NCBI GenBank assembly: GCA_040285855.1
Contig: JAUFOQ010000010.1
Span: 806,001-870,000 of the forward strand
From: Eukaryota sp. GEM-RC1
Taxonomy: Eukaryota
Direction of reading: 5' to 3'
DNA: 64,000 nucleotides
Within the stretch, counting starts at the first letter, position 1. Each line of letters opens with the position of its first letter. The translations under genes and the position numbers were made by a program. Below the pieces are notes generated by a model. It ran no database searches. It had not been told where the DNA came from and saw nothing but the letters and a program-made list of their open reading frames with translations. This document shows positions 49,930-63,470 of this stretch, piece after piece.

Positions 49930-50748
49930 TATCCACTCCCAGAAACAATATCATGACCCAAACACTTGGCTTATTCTCGACGTCCATTTGCACCTTGTCA
50001 TTGACTTGTTATAATCAATGGTGACGTCATCAATGGCTCTATTCATTTGTCTTCAAACCTTGTTTTCTTTGCTAACCTTTAACATAATAGATCTCTGTTA
50101 GTTTCTCTTGAAAGCCGTATATTGTGATTGATTCTGAAAATGACTCGTCATTGAAGGATGACGTGATCTTTTAAGGATTCCACTAAAACTGACAAGTCTT
50201 ATTTATTAAGAATGTCTTTTTCAGTAGAAAGTTTGGAACAGAAATACAAAATATTGGCCCAATAACTACACTGTTTCAAATTATTTTAAATTATGGTAAT
50301 ATCGGTTCAGAACTGTAGTAAAGACATTCTCCAACATAGAGAATGACTGTATCCACAACTTATTGGACTACTAAACACTATCGTCATTTTGGTCCATATA
50401 CGCTGTCAACCAGTGAACGCCAAAAATTAACCGTAAATACAACAACTTTTCAGACGACTTCGTAAATATTTGAATTACGGAGTACGTGTACATTTTATTT
50501 CACTGTAAATCAGGGTGGGAAATTATTTATTTATTTAATAGCGGTGTAAACGCACTTCTGGTTTATCTATGTCTAGAACAAGAATTACTATATTACTGTT
50601 TGTCTGACTCTACTTATAATATAAACAAAAATCATATTACATCTAACTCATTTTGACTCTAGTGTTGTAGTCGTCGCTGACTTCCTTGTTGTCTAGCACT
50701 TCCCAATTCTTATCGACATACGGCATGTGTAGAAATATCATTTAAATC

Positions 50749-51063
50749 CATAGCTGTTTATGACACGTACATCCCCACTGTTATGACGTCATGACACTTT
50801 GTCATGACTTAGTGGTGTCATGACATTCATTACATAATTACTTCTATGGTTGGAATATAGAGGTAGGATTAACAAAATACAAATACTGTTAAATACAGTT
50901 GTATTCAAAATCAATTGGCTATTCACTCATCTGTGTAAATTGTACGCTTTTACTATAAATTTTAAATCAAAATGTTGATAAACTATCTTGATGAACGATT
51001 TAACGATGTTCCGTTTGTTATGACATAAGTTGCTAATTTGTCATGACGTCATGGGCAGCTATG
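50749..51063. mobile_element. hAT MITE with perfect 8-bp TSD
   Basis: CATAGCTG..CAGCTATG ends. TSD TTTAAATC at 50741-50748 and 51064-51071. gtcatgac repeats. Confidence 0.88.
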
Positions 51064-51870
51064 TTTAAATCTGTTGATACATGATCACTCTTACAGCCTT
51101 CGAAAAGAACTTTCTTCTTCAGTAGAAGTGACTGGCATGAAGTTTAAGTGATTCCTGCTTGAGCTACCAATGCAAGGTTTATGGAAAACTACGAATTTTA
51201 AAATGTCATAATTGGAATGGCACTGTTTTTAACAAAACAAATTTTTGAGTAAAATAGTACGATTGGTTTTGAGTCAAAATGAAAACCACGAATTCATATA
51301 GTACGGTTTGATGATTACTGCTGTCAACTAACCACTGCTCAATAGAGCCTCTTTAGTGTAACTAAAATATATTACACATTTTGTTTTTCATTTTGGTGTC
51401 AGTACAACATGTACAGATTTACTCATAAATAGGGACTCAAACACCCAGTCCAACTGAACAGAGCCATAATCTATTATCTTGTGGTTCTGAGTTTAGAGCC
51501 CGGGCTCCATTGGTAGTTAACAGTTCAAGCATCTTTAAACACAACACTTGCACACCCTTTACTATGCCTTTTGGAACTATGGTTGTACTCACATTCGTCA
51601 ATAGTCTCTGTCTTTTAGATTTAGAATAGTCGAAATTTTCCCGTGATTAGCACTGCAACCGTACGTCTGAATAAGATCAGTGTGAATCACTAATCACTAG
51701 AATGCGTGAATGGTGTTGATTACAACACATAAATTGCAAACAATTAACACAAAGTATAAATACATCATTACACTCTTTGTCATTCACAATTGTTATTAAT
51801 ACATACTTTGCATATTTTCAACAAAATGTTTATAATACATGTACAATCAAAACTAGAACAAAGATAAAAA

Positions 51871-54800
51871 TCAATAATTTCGCACAAAATTTCGAATAAC
51901 CTTATTAGAGGCAACAACGCTATTCGGAATCATTGAAATTAACTGAAAACTGACATCTTCTTCTTCAACAAGGGTTTTCAACATTTTTCGGAACAAAATA
52001 TAAATGGCTAACGTAACCAAAAACAAACAACATCAACAAAATAATTAGAGTTCGATTAAGAGAAACTGATGACGACAGTTCAGAATGAAATACATCAATT
52101 GAATCCAGACACAAATGAGCAAGTCTATAGCTAGTATCTAGAATTTCCTCAATCAATGGTGAGTTAATATCCCAAATCACGTGAGATTCTTGATACATTA
52201 CTGGTGTGACTAAGTGTACAAAACGATGAAGTAGATAATCAAGACCACTTGTTTTGTTAACAGAAACATTGATCAGGTCTTTGTTGAAGTTTGTCCCATA
52301 TACGAGATCGTTTTGGTTCGGATAACGACCAGCAACTGGTCCGAGGAAGTTTGAAGAAGATCTATACTGTAGCGAAGCATGGATGTTAAATAGCTTATTG
52401 ACATTGGTTTCCAACCTATTACAGTATTCATCACGTGATTCTGGGTAAATAAAGGCGGAAAAACGTCAGCTCCAACTTCATACGCAGTAGAAGCACGTTG
52501 ACCAGCGAGTTGAAGCTGTTCAGGCCATGTTTGTACCATTAAAGTAGAAAACAAAGTGTAAGCAAAGAAGATGGCGACAGCGATTCCTAAACAGGAAAGT
52601 GCATAGAGTGATTGACTGTGGAACTTCTCCATCGTGACCAATCTGATGACCTGCTTGACGTGACTCGCGAGCTTCTCCACAGGAGTCAACGTGAACATGA
52701 TATACACTAATAGAGTCAGTACAACTACCGGAGCCACTGTAAAACAAACATCAACAACAGAGTCGATGATTCCTCCTTGAAGGCCATGAACATCACGGAA
52801 TAGTTGACGTGATCAAAACTTCCATTGGCTCATCTAGATATATCCTTTCAAATTCCTCAATAGAAGTAAGATAATCACGACCCATGATGACGTGATAGGA
52901 GAGCTCATGCTGGGCGGCAGAACTTCGAACATTTAAATCATAAGTCGTATTAGTTAGAGTTGTTTCAATTGAACCTTCTTGTCTTAAACAAAACAAGGTA
53001 TCAGTAGAGGTAATATTAGCAACATCCCATTGAAGATTTTCCAATGAATTAAATACGGAGAGTTCAAGTTGTGAGCATTGGCTGAAATTACAGTAACAAT
53101 GTCTTGTAGATTGAACATTCGTTGCAGTGATTGTAGTGATGACGTGATGGAATTCTCGAGAACGGCAACTGCATCCTTATCAAGAGGATGATTGGGATCT
53201 TTCACATCATCTAATAAATTTGAAATTTTAAAATTTGATTAGACATACTAGTTCTAAAGTCAGTAAATTGGTTATAAGCAGCTAAAGAACCAGAAAAAGA
53301 AAACGATACAGCTCTACATTCATTTTAGCCAAATAAAACTGAACAAAGGCTTTTCATCTAGAACATTGTTCACTGAATAGTACAACAACGCTGTTTTTCA
53401 GATACTCGGATCTTTAACATAGTACCTACCCCAATTAATAGAGATATAAGCAGTACAATAACCAACATTACTTGGAGAACACGACTACTGCTCCTAGAAA
53501 TAATCCATTGACGAATTTTAAACCACAGAACACCACAAATACCAATCGATCCAACACTAAGAGCTAACCAGACAACATGAATTCGTTGTTGTGAGGTCAT
53601 GAGATGGGATGTTCGAATAAGAGAGTTTTGCTCTATTAAATCCTCAGCCTTGAGTACATTGTCTAATAAAGAGTTGAGGACATCAAAGTAACGTGATGAA
53701 GCAATGGTACCCCTAGCAACGTTGAGCTTTTCTGAAGAGGAAAGAGCAGAATCATCAAGGTGATTGGAATACCAATGAGTTTGCCTGTTATATAGTACTC
53801 GATCTTGAGAAATGGAATCTTCAGAATCCAAGTCATACTCATAGTTATAGACATGAGAGACGTCATCAGCAGAGTGATTGACAGTATGACTGGCAAGTGA
53901 TTGTGTGATTGATTGCCAGTGAAGTAAATGACCGGAGGAACGTTCTGCAGAAGCTAATAGAGTTTTGCCTCTACAGAGACTTGATGATTAAAATAGAAAA
54001 CATCAAAAGATTTCTCTTAGCCATTGAATCAAATACTTCCCTGAATCGATGATAGAAATACAAATCGTTAGTCCCTATAAATGAGAAAGTATTTGAAGTT
54101 AACAATAGATCAACTGTAAGAAGATTTCCAGTGACTCTTTGCAAATCAAAACAGTCTTGTACCATTGAAATCAACACTTGTTCATCAGTTCTGTACTTGA
54201 TAGACAACAAAGCCTGTGTGAAGACAATAATGACGAGTAGACAAACTCCAACCAAGAGAAAACTTTAATGAACCGACTGACTGATGAGGATTCAGTTTTG
54301 GTGTCCTCAGTCACATGAGGGTCGCTCACGTCATCCATTTCCTTTTCTGAAACAGTGTCTTCTACAGAAGTGCTTTGAAAATCATCATCGGATGATGATT
54401 GTTCCTCAATTTGATCATCCATAGTTTCTCCCTTCATTTTGATCTCTTGTACTTTGCTTGAAGGTCAAAATGATAGCATTACACGTGTCTTTTGGAACCC
54501 ATAGAAAAGGTTTAATACTCCTTGTCGTTCAACTGAAATATTGGTAATAATTCGATGAAATCCAAAACTCCAATAATAATTAAACAAGAAATGACGATTA
54601 TACAGGCTACTATGCAAACAATTTGAGTCACAGCAAAGAAATTATCAGAACCTACAAGAATAGCTGACCAAAAGAATTCCCAGCATTAACCAAAGTACGC
54701 CGATTCTGAACCAAATAATTAAAATATTTGTTTCCCAATGGATTGACTCCTTGACAGGACTCCACAAAATCCACCGAAGCAAAAGCAAAAGAATTAATCA

Positions 54801-57213
54801 GTTGCCAATAGTTTACAAGTCTATATTCCCAAAGAGAAGGATTAGAAACCCTCAGTTCAAAGGCAATTAAACTAGGTTCAAGAGCAAACTTAGTTATAGC
54901 TTGGTCTGATATCGGTTGAAGGTCAGTCCCAACTACTCTTGGACATTCATAAGAACTTTTAGAAACCATTGAGTCAGAACTCATAAATACCCTTCGAGCG
55001 TGATAACTAACGTGTTCAGAGTCAGTCAAAACTGCATTACGAATTTGGACTGCCACGTCATCATCGAAAAAGGCGCCATACCTAATAGCTTCAATAATTA
55101 GCTTGTTAGACATTACTAAAATGTGACTACCCTCAATCAATTGTTGAACTCTATTACTAAGATCATCAAGAGTGGAAAAGTAGAAAACTACCGAGACCAA
55201 AGTGACAACAGCAACAAGTAGAAAAGACAGAAACATCATTTTGGACAAGAGAGTGACTTTGTTGGCTTTACCACCATCTGCTGCTGACTCCAGAGACTTT
55301 ATAACCCCTGCTCTTCTCCTTCTCTTTCTTCCCTTTGAAGTAGCATGAGACATTGCTGATGAGAACTTTCCACTAATGGTCTGAGAGCCAGCACGTGATC
55401 CAGTGAGCTCACTGCCTGTCATGGATTGCATTTCAGCAGCTTCATCAATGGAACGGGCAGTTTCCTCATCCATGTTGACGTCACGTATGTAACTGGCGTA
55501 GATTGATAACACTTCTTTGTTGGGGAAATTGGTGGTGAGAAATCTAAAATGGTCATTTGCCGCTTTTTAAATTTTCGAAGACGATCTGTTAAATATGGAA
55601 GTTTTGAAACTTCAGCAGAAGGATGAGCTAAAGTCCTCCAGAATGACAACAGAGTATCAAGACAAGCAGTCACGAGTTCTCTAACCTCTTTCACGTTTTC
55701 TGATAGATTCTCGAAGACCGTAGATCACCACCTTCATGCCCAGTATTTGTTAGTCTTCTCAAACTTTCACAGCTCTTTGATAGTATACCAACAAACACCG
55801 ATGTCTGAAGCTAAGGTCGATATCCATTGTATTAACAGTAGTCGTGAGTCCAACCATTGCCATGTGATTTTCCCTAACAAACAATTGAAATGCAGTCTTG
55901 GAGAGGATCAGGTCGATATCCTCAGTGAAAGGCTCTGACCAACGAGAATATATTGAGAAAGCAGCTTCTTTGTCCTCTTCAGAAGCCTTAGAGGGCTTGG
56001 GTTGGAGAAATCTAGTAGCAAGTTCTACTTGCCAAGATCGTTTGATTACCGATGGATTGACTGGCAATTGCTTTGGAATAGGAATGTTGACTGAGGGAGG
56101 ATCTTCAGTTTCCTCTTGAGAATCTAAAACTACAGAAAATGGAACATTTTGGAAGGTGGTTTTGAAGTTTTTGAGTAAAGTCTGGGTAATAATACTTGTT
56201 GACGTGATAGTTGCAGCTGAGGTAAAATACAATTGCCGAAATCAGAATTGATCCCGTCCACGTGCCCAGAACAACCAGACCTTGAACATTGGCTGACTCA
56301 ATTGTATGAAGGTAGATGAGATTGGCAAAGTAAGTAAGAGCTGTACCTGTCCAAACAGAAAGGAAAAGAACAAACTTAATGTTTGAAAGAGACTTATAGA
56401 AAGGAAGACGTGTAATGAACAAGAAAGGAACGAGAAGAGAGAAGAAAATGTAGAGCGATCGGAAGAGCCACTTTCTGTGAGGGAATAGATAGAAGACAAT
56501 TGGTAAAACAGTTTGAGCTATAAAGAACCAGAATTGGCAAGTGGAATTAGACCGAGCGAAGATTCGTTTAGAACACGGATTACAATCGTATGCACAAATT
56601 GAACAGTACAGGACAATAACAACAAACACAATTGTCAATAAGAACAAGATCGATCTAACTAGAATACTATGCCAATGCCAGCAGTCATCGGGAGGGAACA
56701 GTGTCAAGAAGGAAGTGTCATCAGATCCACAGCTTAGAAAGGAAAGAAGAATGGTCAGAATAGGAAAGTATAGAAAACAAACCAAAACGTGAGTGGACGC
56801 TTTGATTACAGGTAGAAGAGAAGAGCTCTCAATGTGGTCATCTCCAAACACAAAGTAAACGCACAAACCCAAACAGATCAATCCAAGAAAGGTCATGGTA
56901 GAAGCAAACATTGTCCATGGGGATATATCAAGCTCCTTCGATGTAAGTGGGATAGTTAGATAGTAGAGTAATCTACCGTCAAAAGTGAGTCCCAATTGGG
57001 AAAGTTTCGCTTGTTGAGAACAAATCCTGCGATTTGGAGAACTTCAAAGAATAGAAGGGCAGTCGCGCAGAAATCGTACCGAACATTACCTCCGATGGAC
57101 AGTTGGAAGAGGGAGAACATCCTGTGTTCCACCTTTTGACCAACGGAGTGAGTATTATAGACCATTGCGGTGGTAGCGTGAGAGGCATCGCTACCTTTGC
57201 GAATGCCACTCAT
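51871..57213 (-). CDS. Large multi-pass membrane protein, TmcB/TmcC-like, with many frameshifts (errors or pseudogene)
   Basis: Overlapping minus-strand ORFs tile 5.3 kb: N-terminal TM bundle (FFEVLQIAGF, C..DDCW, RLPFYK), ELATRFL helical region, Ser-rich linker, repeated TM/extracellular blocks with QLAGQR, ending IRNFVRNY-TGA. Confidence 0.7.
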
Positions 57214-57885
57214 ATGATCCTATCAATGAAGAGAAATTGCTTGAATTCATCCAGTCAATGACCCTAACTTTTCTTTTCTGGATCGCCTTTGTTGATTCAA
57301 GAACGTGAAGATCAAATTCTTCTTTGATGTACTTCATTCTTATCATTCCTACTCTTCATCTCCATGGACATTCTCCTGTTTGATTCTGTTTAGAATGTTG
57401 GTTTTCTTGTCTGCTCTTTGACCCTCTGTTCCCTCTCATCTGCCATCTCTTTCTGCTCTACATCATAGTATCTATTCAAACTATTTCATACAAGTTGCCA
57501 AGTTAATCATCAAACTTGCTGCTCTTTGAACCCAAGATTCTAAAAGCTCGTGATGTGTCATTGTCGAATATTACTTCTGTGTACACTCATTACGGTTGTT
57601 TATGAATACTTGAACTCCAGGGTGTTCCTAGAGTTCTATCAACAAGTTGTGTCATAAATCCATACATGTCAGTTCACTTAGTGTACAGTGTACAGTAGTG
57701 TTTCTTCTGGTTATTGAGTTAGTCCTGAATTCCGTTTATGTTATTTTTATGATAAAAGTGATTGTTAAGATATACTATATACATCATCATCTTCGATCTA
57801 AATGAACTAATATGATGTATATGTATCATCAAACTACTGTACTAGTAGAAGGAAAATGATGAGACTTGGCCATTTTCTTAACAAA

Positions 57886-59336
57886 ATGCGACTTTCTGCT
57901 ATTTGTCTTTTCTTGCTTTGTGCTACCATTGTATTGGCATCACCTTATGGTTTTGATTGGCCTGACGATGATTATGCTGCCTTTTCTCTTTTCCAAGAAC
58001 GCTTCAAACGTGATTATCTCTCCGCTGAAGAAGCCCAATCACGCTTTGAGATCTTCCAAATGAATCGTCGTATTGCTGAATACGCAAACAAAACCGATGA
58101 AAATGCTTTCTACGGCATCACCAAGTTCGCCGATCTTTCTCAAGAAGAATTTCAACAACGTTATCTTACCTTGAAGCAGAGTTCTCCTCCTAGTGGTGAA
58201 TATTATGTTCCACCAACTCCTACAACAAACATGGTCCCACGTTTGATGCTCATACAGCTGTTGCTGCTAACAACAAAGTTCCTCCCATGTGGGTTTGTAC
58301 AATAAAGAAATCTCTTCTCATCTCAGGATTGGAGAAAGAGTTTAGGAGTAAGTATGGTTACTCCTGTTAAGAATCAAGGGTCTTGTGGTAGTTGCTGGGC
58401 CTTCAGTGTGTCTCTTTCTTCTAGTTTATCATAGGTGCATGTTTGTATTCTCATTAATACTAATACCAGGTGCAAGTATGTATTTCCTTCTATTATGTTT
58501 ATTACAGGTGCTGAAAGCTTCCTTATGATTCATCCCAAAGGAAATGAAGAACCTAATCCTTATCCAGATCTGGATGTGAATTCCTTATCTCCACAAGCAA
58601 TGGTAGACTGTGTTCCTGCTTCAGCGGGATGTCAAGGTTTGCTTCATCATCTTCATTTACCATAGGATGTCAAGGAGGTTTACCAACATGGGCTTATATG
58701 CATATGATTAGAATGGGATGGGGTCACCCAGGATGGATGCAATATCCATACAAGGGAACTGACCGTAATCCTTGTTTGATCAAAAGCAAACCAGCAATGG
58801 CAAAGAAGTATAAGGGTTATTCCGACATCAATCCAAACTTCAACTGGACTCAACACGATAACAGTGGTATCACTGCTGAAGATTATTGTGCGGCAGTTTA
58901 TAGGTTTGTCATTTGAGTCTTTGATTTTACTGCAGAAACTCCCCACTCGCGACTGCTCTTGATGCTTCTGGGCTTCAATGGTATGTTGGAGGAGTCATTT
59001 CCAGTTCCGCATTCTGCTCATGGCGTATCAACCATGCCGTAACCTCAGTTGGTGTGTTTGATATTATTGTTTCTAACAATAGGGTATGAAATGTTTACTG
59101 GTACTATTCCAGAAGATAAGAAACACATGTTTGAAGCTCCTCAACCAAATCCGATCAATTGGAATATGATGGTTAATATTATCAAGAATTCCTGGGGTGA
59201 AGATTTTGGTGAGGAAGGTTACTTCAGAATCTGGCTAACAAACCATATTTATCCCATCAATCCCAATGCTAAGGACTGGGGCTTGTGTGGTGTACGTCGT
59301 TATGCCTCGTTTGCTAATGTTTGCAAACAGTGTTAA
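57886..59336 (+). CDS. Papain-family (C1A, cathepsin L-like) cysteine protease with 7 introns
   Basis: Signal peptide; ERFNIN-like prodomain and [39 protein letters not shown]. Introns at 58293-58326, 58406-58434, 58441-58469, 58476-58507, 58637-58665, 58904-58935 and 59052-59082. One apparent 1-nt indel near 58225-58230. Confidence 0.95.
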
Positions 59337-61379
59337 TGTATATTTGAAATAAATTCTCATGTAGACGATTTTTAAGAAAGCATGATCATTTTGAAACAAA
59401 AATATCTTGTTAAACAACCAAACTGAAGTAACATGTAGAATGTTGAGAACCTTTGCTATGTACATTGTAGTTCTCTCACATACTGTATAAGAAAAAGTTG
59501 GCCATTTTGGCACACGCATAAGAAATCCCAATTTCAGTTGTCACACGTATAGATCTAACCATCAAATTGATAGAAATAATATCTACCTAGTACTGTTTAT
59601 ACGATTTGATATCCAAATTGAGTGTACACTGTTGTGTGACTTAAGAGGAAGTAGATATGATAATTCTAGGACCTAGACAGTAGTTGACATCTTAGTTTGT
59701 CCTCGCTTTACCTCCAAAACAATGGATGTTGAAACTATTACCTGTGTGTGTTCGTGTACACGTTTGAGCTGGAGTTAGTGACGGTCAAATAACACAAACC
59801 AATACTGTGATACGGAATTTCCCTTCCGTGTTCTGTTTTCCTACGCATATCCCAAGGCAGAAGTAATGATTTTGTAGACCTTTTCAAGTAATGAGGTCTA
59901 GGAGCTTGTCTGTGGCTTTCTTTTGTCCAGGTTCTAATTTCTTATGCTTTAACTTCTTGGACATTCTTCCTGTCCAGTCATCGCCATATCCCTGCATCTG
60001 TTGCAGTTCCCTGAGTGTCTCTGACTCTTAGTACTTCGTTCAGATTGCCAAAGCTTTTGTGGTGCCGATCTACTGTGAGGCATGTCAAGAAATACGTGTG
60101 GAAGATCTACAAAACCGTCGTCTGTATTAGCAGATATCTCCTGAACCAGTTCAATTGATTTCAACAATTCATCTAGTTTGATTCAACACACCGTTAAACA
60201 CGGTCTCTTAGCAAATGCGGTTTTTTCTGTATTTGATTGATCTCAGGGATCAACGGTGTTTTATGCTGACGACGAGTTCATATTAACACTAACATCATTA
60301 GAACCCTTTTGTTTTAATGATCAGTCTCTCATCTTCATGATGTCTAAAGTTATTTTTGTGAATTACTACTATTGAGTATTTGGCTAACGTTATTGATTGG
60401 CTTGCTTTAGTTGATTGTAAACAAATCAACTACTTGATGGCTCTAATTGAGCTCTTCTACATGGAGGCAGAATGAGTATTGCTGATTTAAAATCAAAGAC
60501 AATATTTCCGCTAGAGATGGGAAAATGGTCGAGCAGTTGCCAAAGGTTTTGTATTAATATGAAGTCCTTCTATAGATATTTTGCGTCCTTTCGTCACATT
60601 CTATTACCTTAAGGTATCCTACTGGACTTATAAGCACATAAACACATCCTTTGCATATTGTTAGATTCTGAAAGGATTTATTTCATACATAAAGAAGCAG
60701 CTCCACGACTCACAATGGCGTGTATACAGTCGACAGTCAACGAAGAAAGGTTCTTAAAGATTTGTTAGATATTGGAATACTATAACCAAACATTGAACAA
60801 CAACTAATTAGAACACGTTGGGGAAATTATAAAGCCTAAAAGTAAAACGTACTTTCGATAAAACTTTACAAAGGAGACAAGTCAAAAGGATTTTAGCGGC
60901 ACTCGACGACAAGTGATACTCGGACTACTCTATGCAAATAATGTACTCGAGTTACTGCTTCGTAGTACTTAAATAGAATGTTTTGACACATCTCTTCTAG
61001 ATCTGAGACAAAGGTACGTTGGGCCATATGTAACTCTCACGTGTTGCAAATTCAATGAATAATCAATTGATTGTTATCTAACAATCTATATTTCTTTAAA
61101 ATTGTTATTGTGTGCTAGTATTTCTAACAAGAAAAACGATGAGTTGAAATAGACAAACGACAAACAAAGAAATGAAAACTAAAGTTCACTTTACTTTGAC
61201 TCTCAAGTAGAAGAATTAAATTTTTTAAAATACATACATTTATTCGAAAATAAACAAGATGATCTAATACTCAATGTCATCAAAACAAGATTCCTTCGAA
61301 TCGAACCCTGTTGAAGCTTTGTCTTCATAAAACACACTTAGGGATAACAAAGCTTTTGAAATCATTGTGGGAACTGCCT

Positions 61380-61707
61380 TTAGAATCGTAAAGACAATTT
61401 GGTTCTGCCAAAAGAACGATCAAATATTTTGTTGGTTCTACGAGCTAAAACGTTTCCAAATTCATAAGAATTAAATAGAAACTCATATTCCAAATTTGTG
61501 CTTCAAGCTTTTGCTGTTTCTCTCTTTGGATCTGTTAGCCCTGCTAGTGATCAATTTGTCAAGGATTTCGAAGAATTATGTAAAGAAAAGAAGCGTAAGT
61601 TTAGAATGGCTGGATGGAAAAACCGTATAGTGTTTTCCATACATTGTAATACTAGTATGCTTTTTATCTCTCTTGATCAATTGAGAAATGCTGCAATTTT
61701 GGTGTGA
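61380..61707 (+). mobile_element. 3' fragment of an RLE-type non-LTR retrotransposon
   Basis: FVLQAFAVSLFGSV..QFVKDF..WKNRIVFSI parallels FHPFAISLYGKF..QFLTDF..WRGRLSFSL in 26632-26860. Confidence 0.7.
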
Positions 61708-62589
61708 AGTTTAATGTAGAAAAACGTAATCTTTTACCCGGTGGTGATGAATTCGTTTGGATTTAATCTTAGTTTTGTTTGTTTGTTTTACAATTTCTTA
61801 GTTTTGTAGGAATGTTACCTTATTGGGTGCCGAATAAAGTTATCATCTATTATTTAAGTTCAGTTTCATAAAACAAAGTTCGTTGATTCTACATTTTTCA
61901 GCTGGTCTTTCGTCATTGCACGGACAAAGATTTAAAAGATTCTATAACAATGTCACATCTTTTGATAGATCGACACAATGCTAATAGTGGATCCATTTAA
62001 TATGGCTTCAGCGTATTGTATTGATGAGCTGTTTCTTTTAATCTAAAGTATACCAGTAGATTTTAAACGAATTGTTGAGCAGAATGAAAATTTCAGATGA
62101 AGTTACCATGGTTTACTTATGTGGTGCATTTTAGATCAAAAAATTTTATGTTTCGCGTATCTTGGTGTACTTATCCAGTGTTTACGTATAATGCAATTAT
62201 TGCCATTGAATCATTAAAGCTATGTAGTTATGTAAGACAGCTGAAAGTCATTGCAAAATTCATGATCATCATTTTATATTCATTTACTTTTGTCATAGAA
62301 CTAATTGAAACAGTCAAATCAGAATATCCGTTTAAAGCCTCAGGTCAGAATTTGGCAAAAATATTCAATAAAAACCGATCTGTTTAGAGAGTTATTATTA
62401 GTTATTATTAGTGGATGTTTGTCAAAAGATGTTTTACAGAATGCTTACTCTGAGATTTTTGTGAAAAACGAACTTTCGATTTCGATTCACACGATTTGTG
62501 CAAAGTTACTAAACAATTCATATGCATATGTTGATCACTCTCAAATGTGTAGCACAAGTTGAAAATTTTGGTTCGGTATTTCGACTGCA

Positions 62590-62720
62590 AAATGGGTACC
62601 TTCAGGACCAATTGAGTTGCTGTCTAGATAAATCGTAGAAACAAACGCATTCACCTTCAAAGCTTCACAAATTGCAAATAGCACCTTCAGGAACAATTGA
62701 GTTTGTATGTAGATAGAAAT
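62590..62720 (-). pseudogene. LRR family fragment
   Basis: NSIVPEGAI and EALKVNAFVSTIYLDSNSIGPEG. Confidence 0.6.
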
Positions 62721-62788
62721 CAGAAATACTAGCCGGTTTATAGAACACAAATCTATTGAAGAGAAGTTGAGATAACGTTAAATAACAC

Positions 62789-63470
62789 CAGGGACTGTCA
62801 AAATATACTGCAATATATTGCAGGCCTAAATTCATTTGCAATACAGTATTGCAATACTGCAATATATTGCAATAATTGGAGGCAATATAAGTATTGTGGA
62901 ATTGATTATTATTTCTGTCAATTCAGTTGACAACTCCCACAAGCATCATCGCGGATCATCTACGTTGGCCAGTGTCTGATTAACCATCTTGCGAACCAGT
63001 AGAACGTCTACAACAAGTGAAATCTGAAGTTCAAATCGGACTAACATGTCTCTCATTTGTGTAAAACGGTGGTTTAAATGCACTAGCAACCATTTCATCA
63101 TGTTGAAGTTCAAAACTCAAACCATAAATCAGTCCATCTACCACTTTTAAAGCAAACAACCATGGCGCTTGGCAATCGGTTTTCGATTGGGAGAACAGAG
63201 CACAAGACATTCATTTGTGAGAAAAAGCAAATTTCAACTTCATATTTGCGATAAGATGTTAAACTGTTTCCAAATATTAATACTTATATACACTATATTG
63301 TTAATATCCTTCAGGAGGTGAACAAAATTGGATGACCATAAAGTATTGTTCAAAACCAAAATTATTGCAATATATTGCAATACAAAATGAGGCTGCAATA
63401 CAGTATTGCAATACACAATACACAATATTGCAATTATTGCAAAAGTGGAATATATTTTTGACAGTCCCTG
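62789..63470. mobile_element. hAT non-autonomous element with perfect 8-bp TSD
   Basis: TIR CAGGGACTGTCAAAA / TTTTGACAGTCCCTG. TSD AATAACAC at 62781-62788 and 63471-63478. tattgcaata repeats. Confidence 0.92.
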
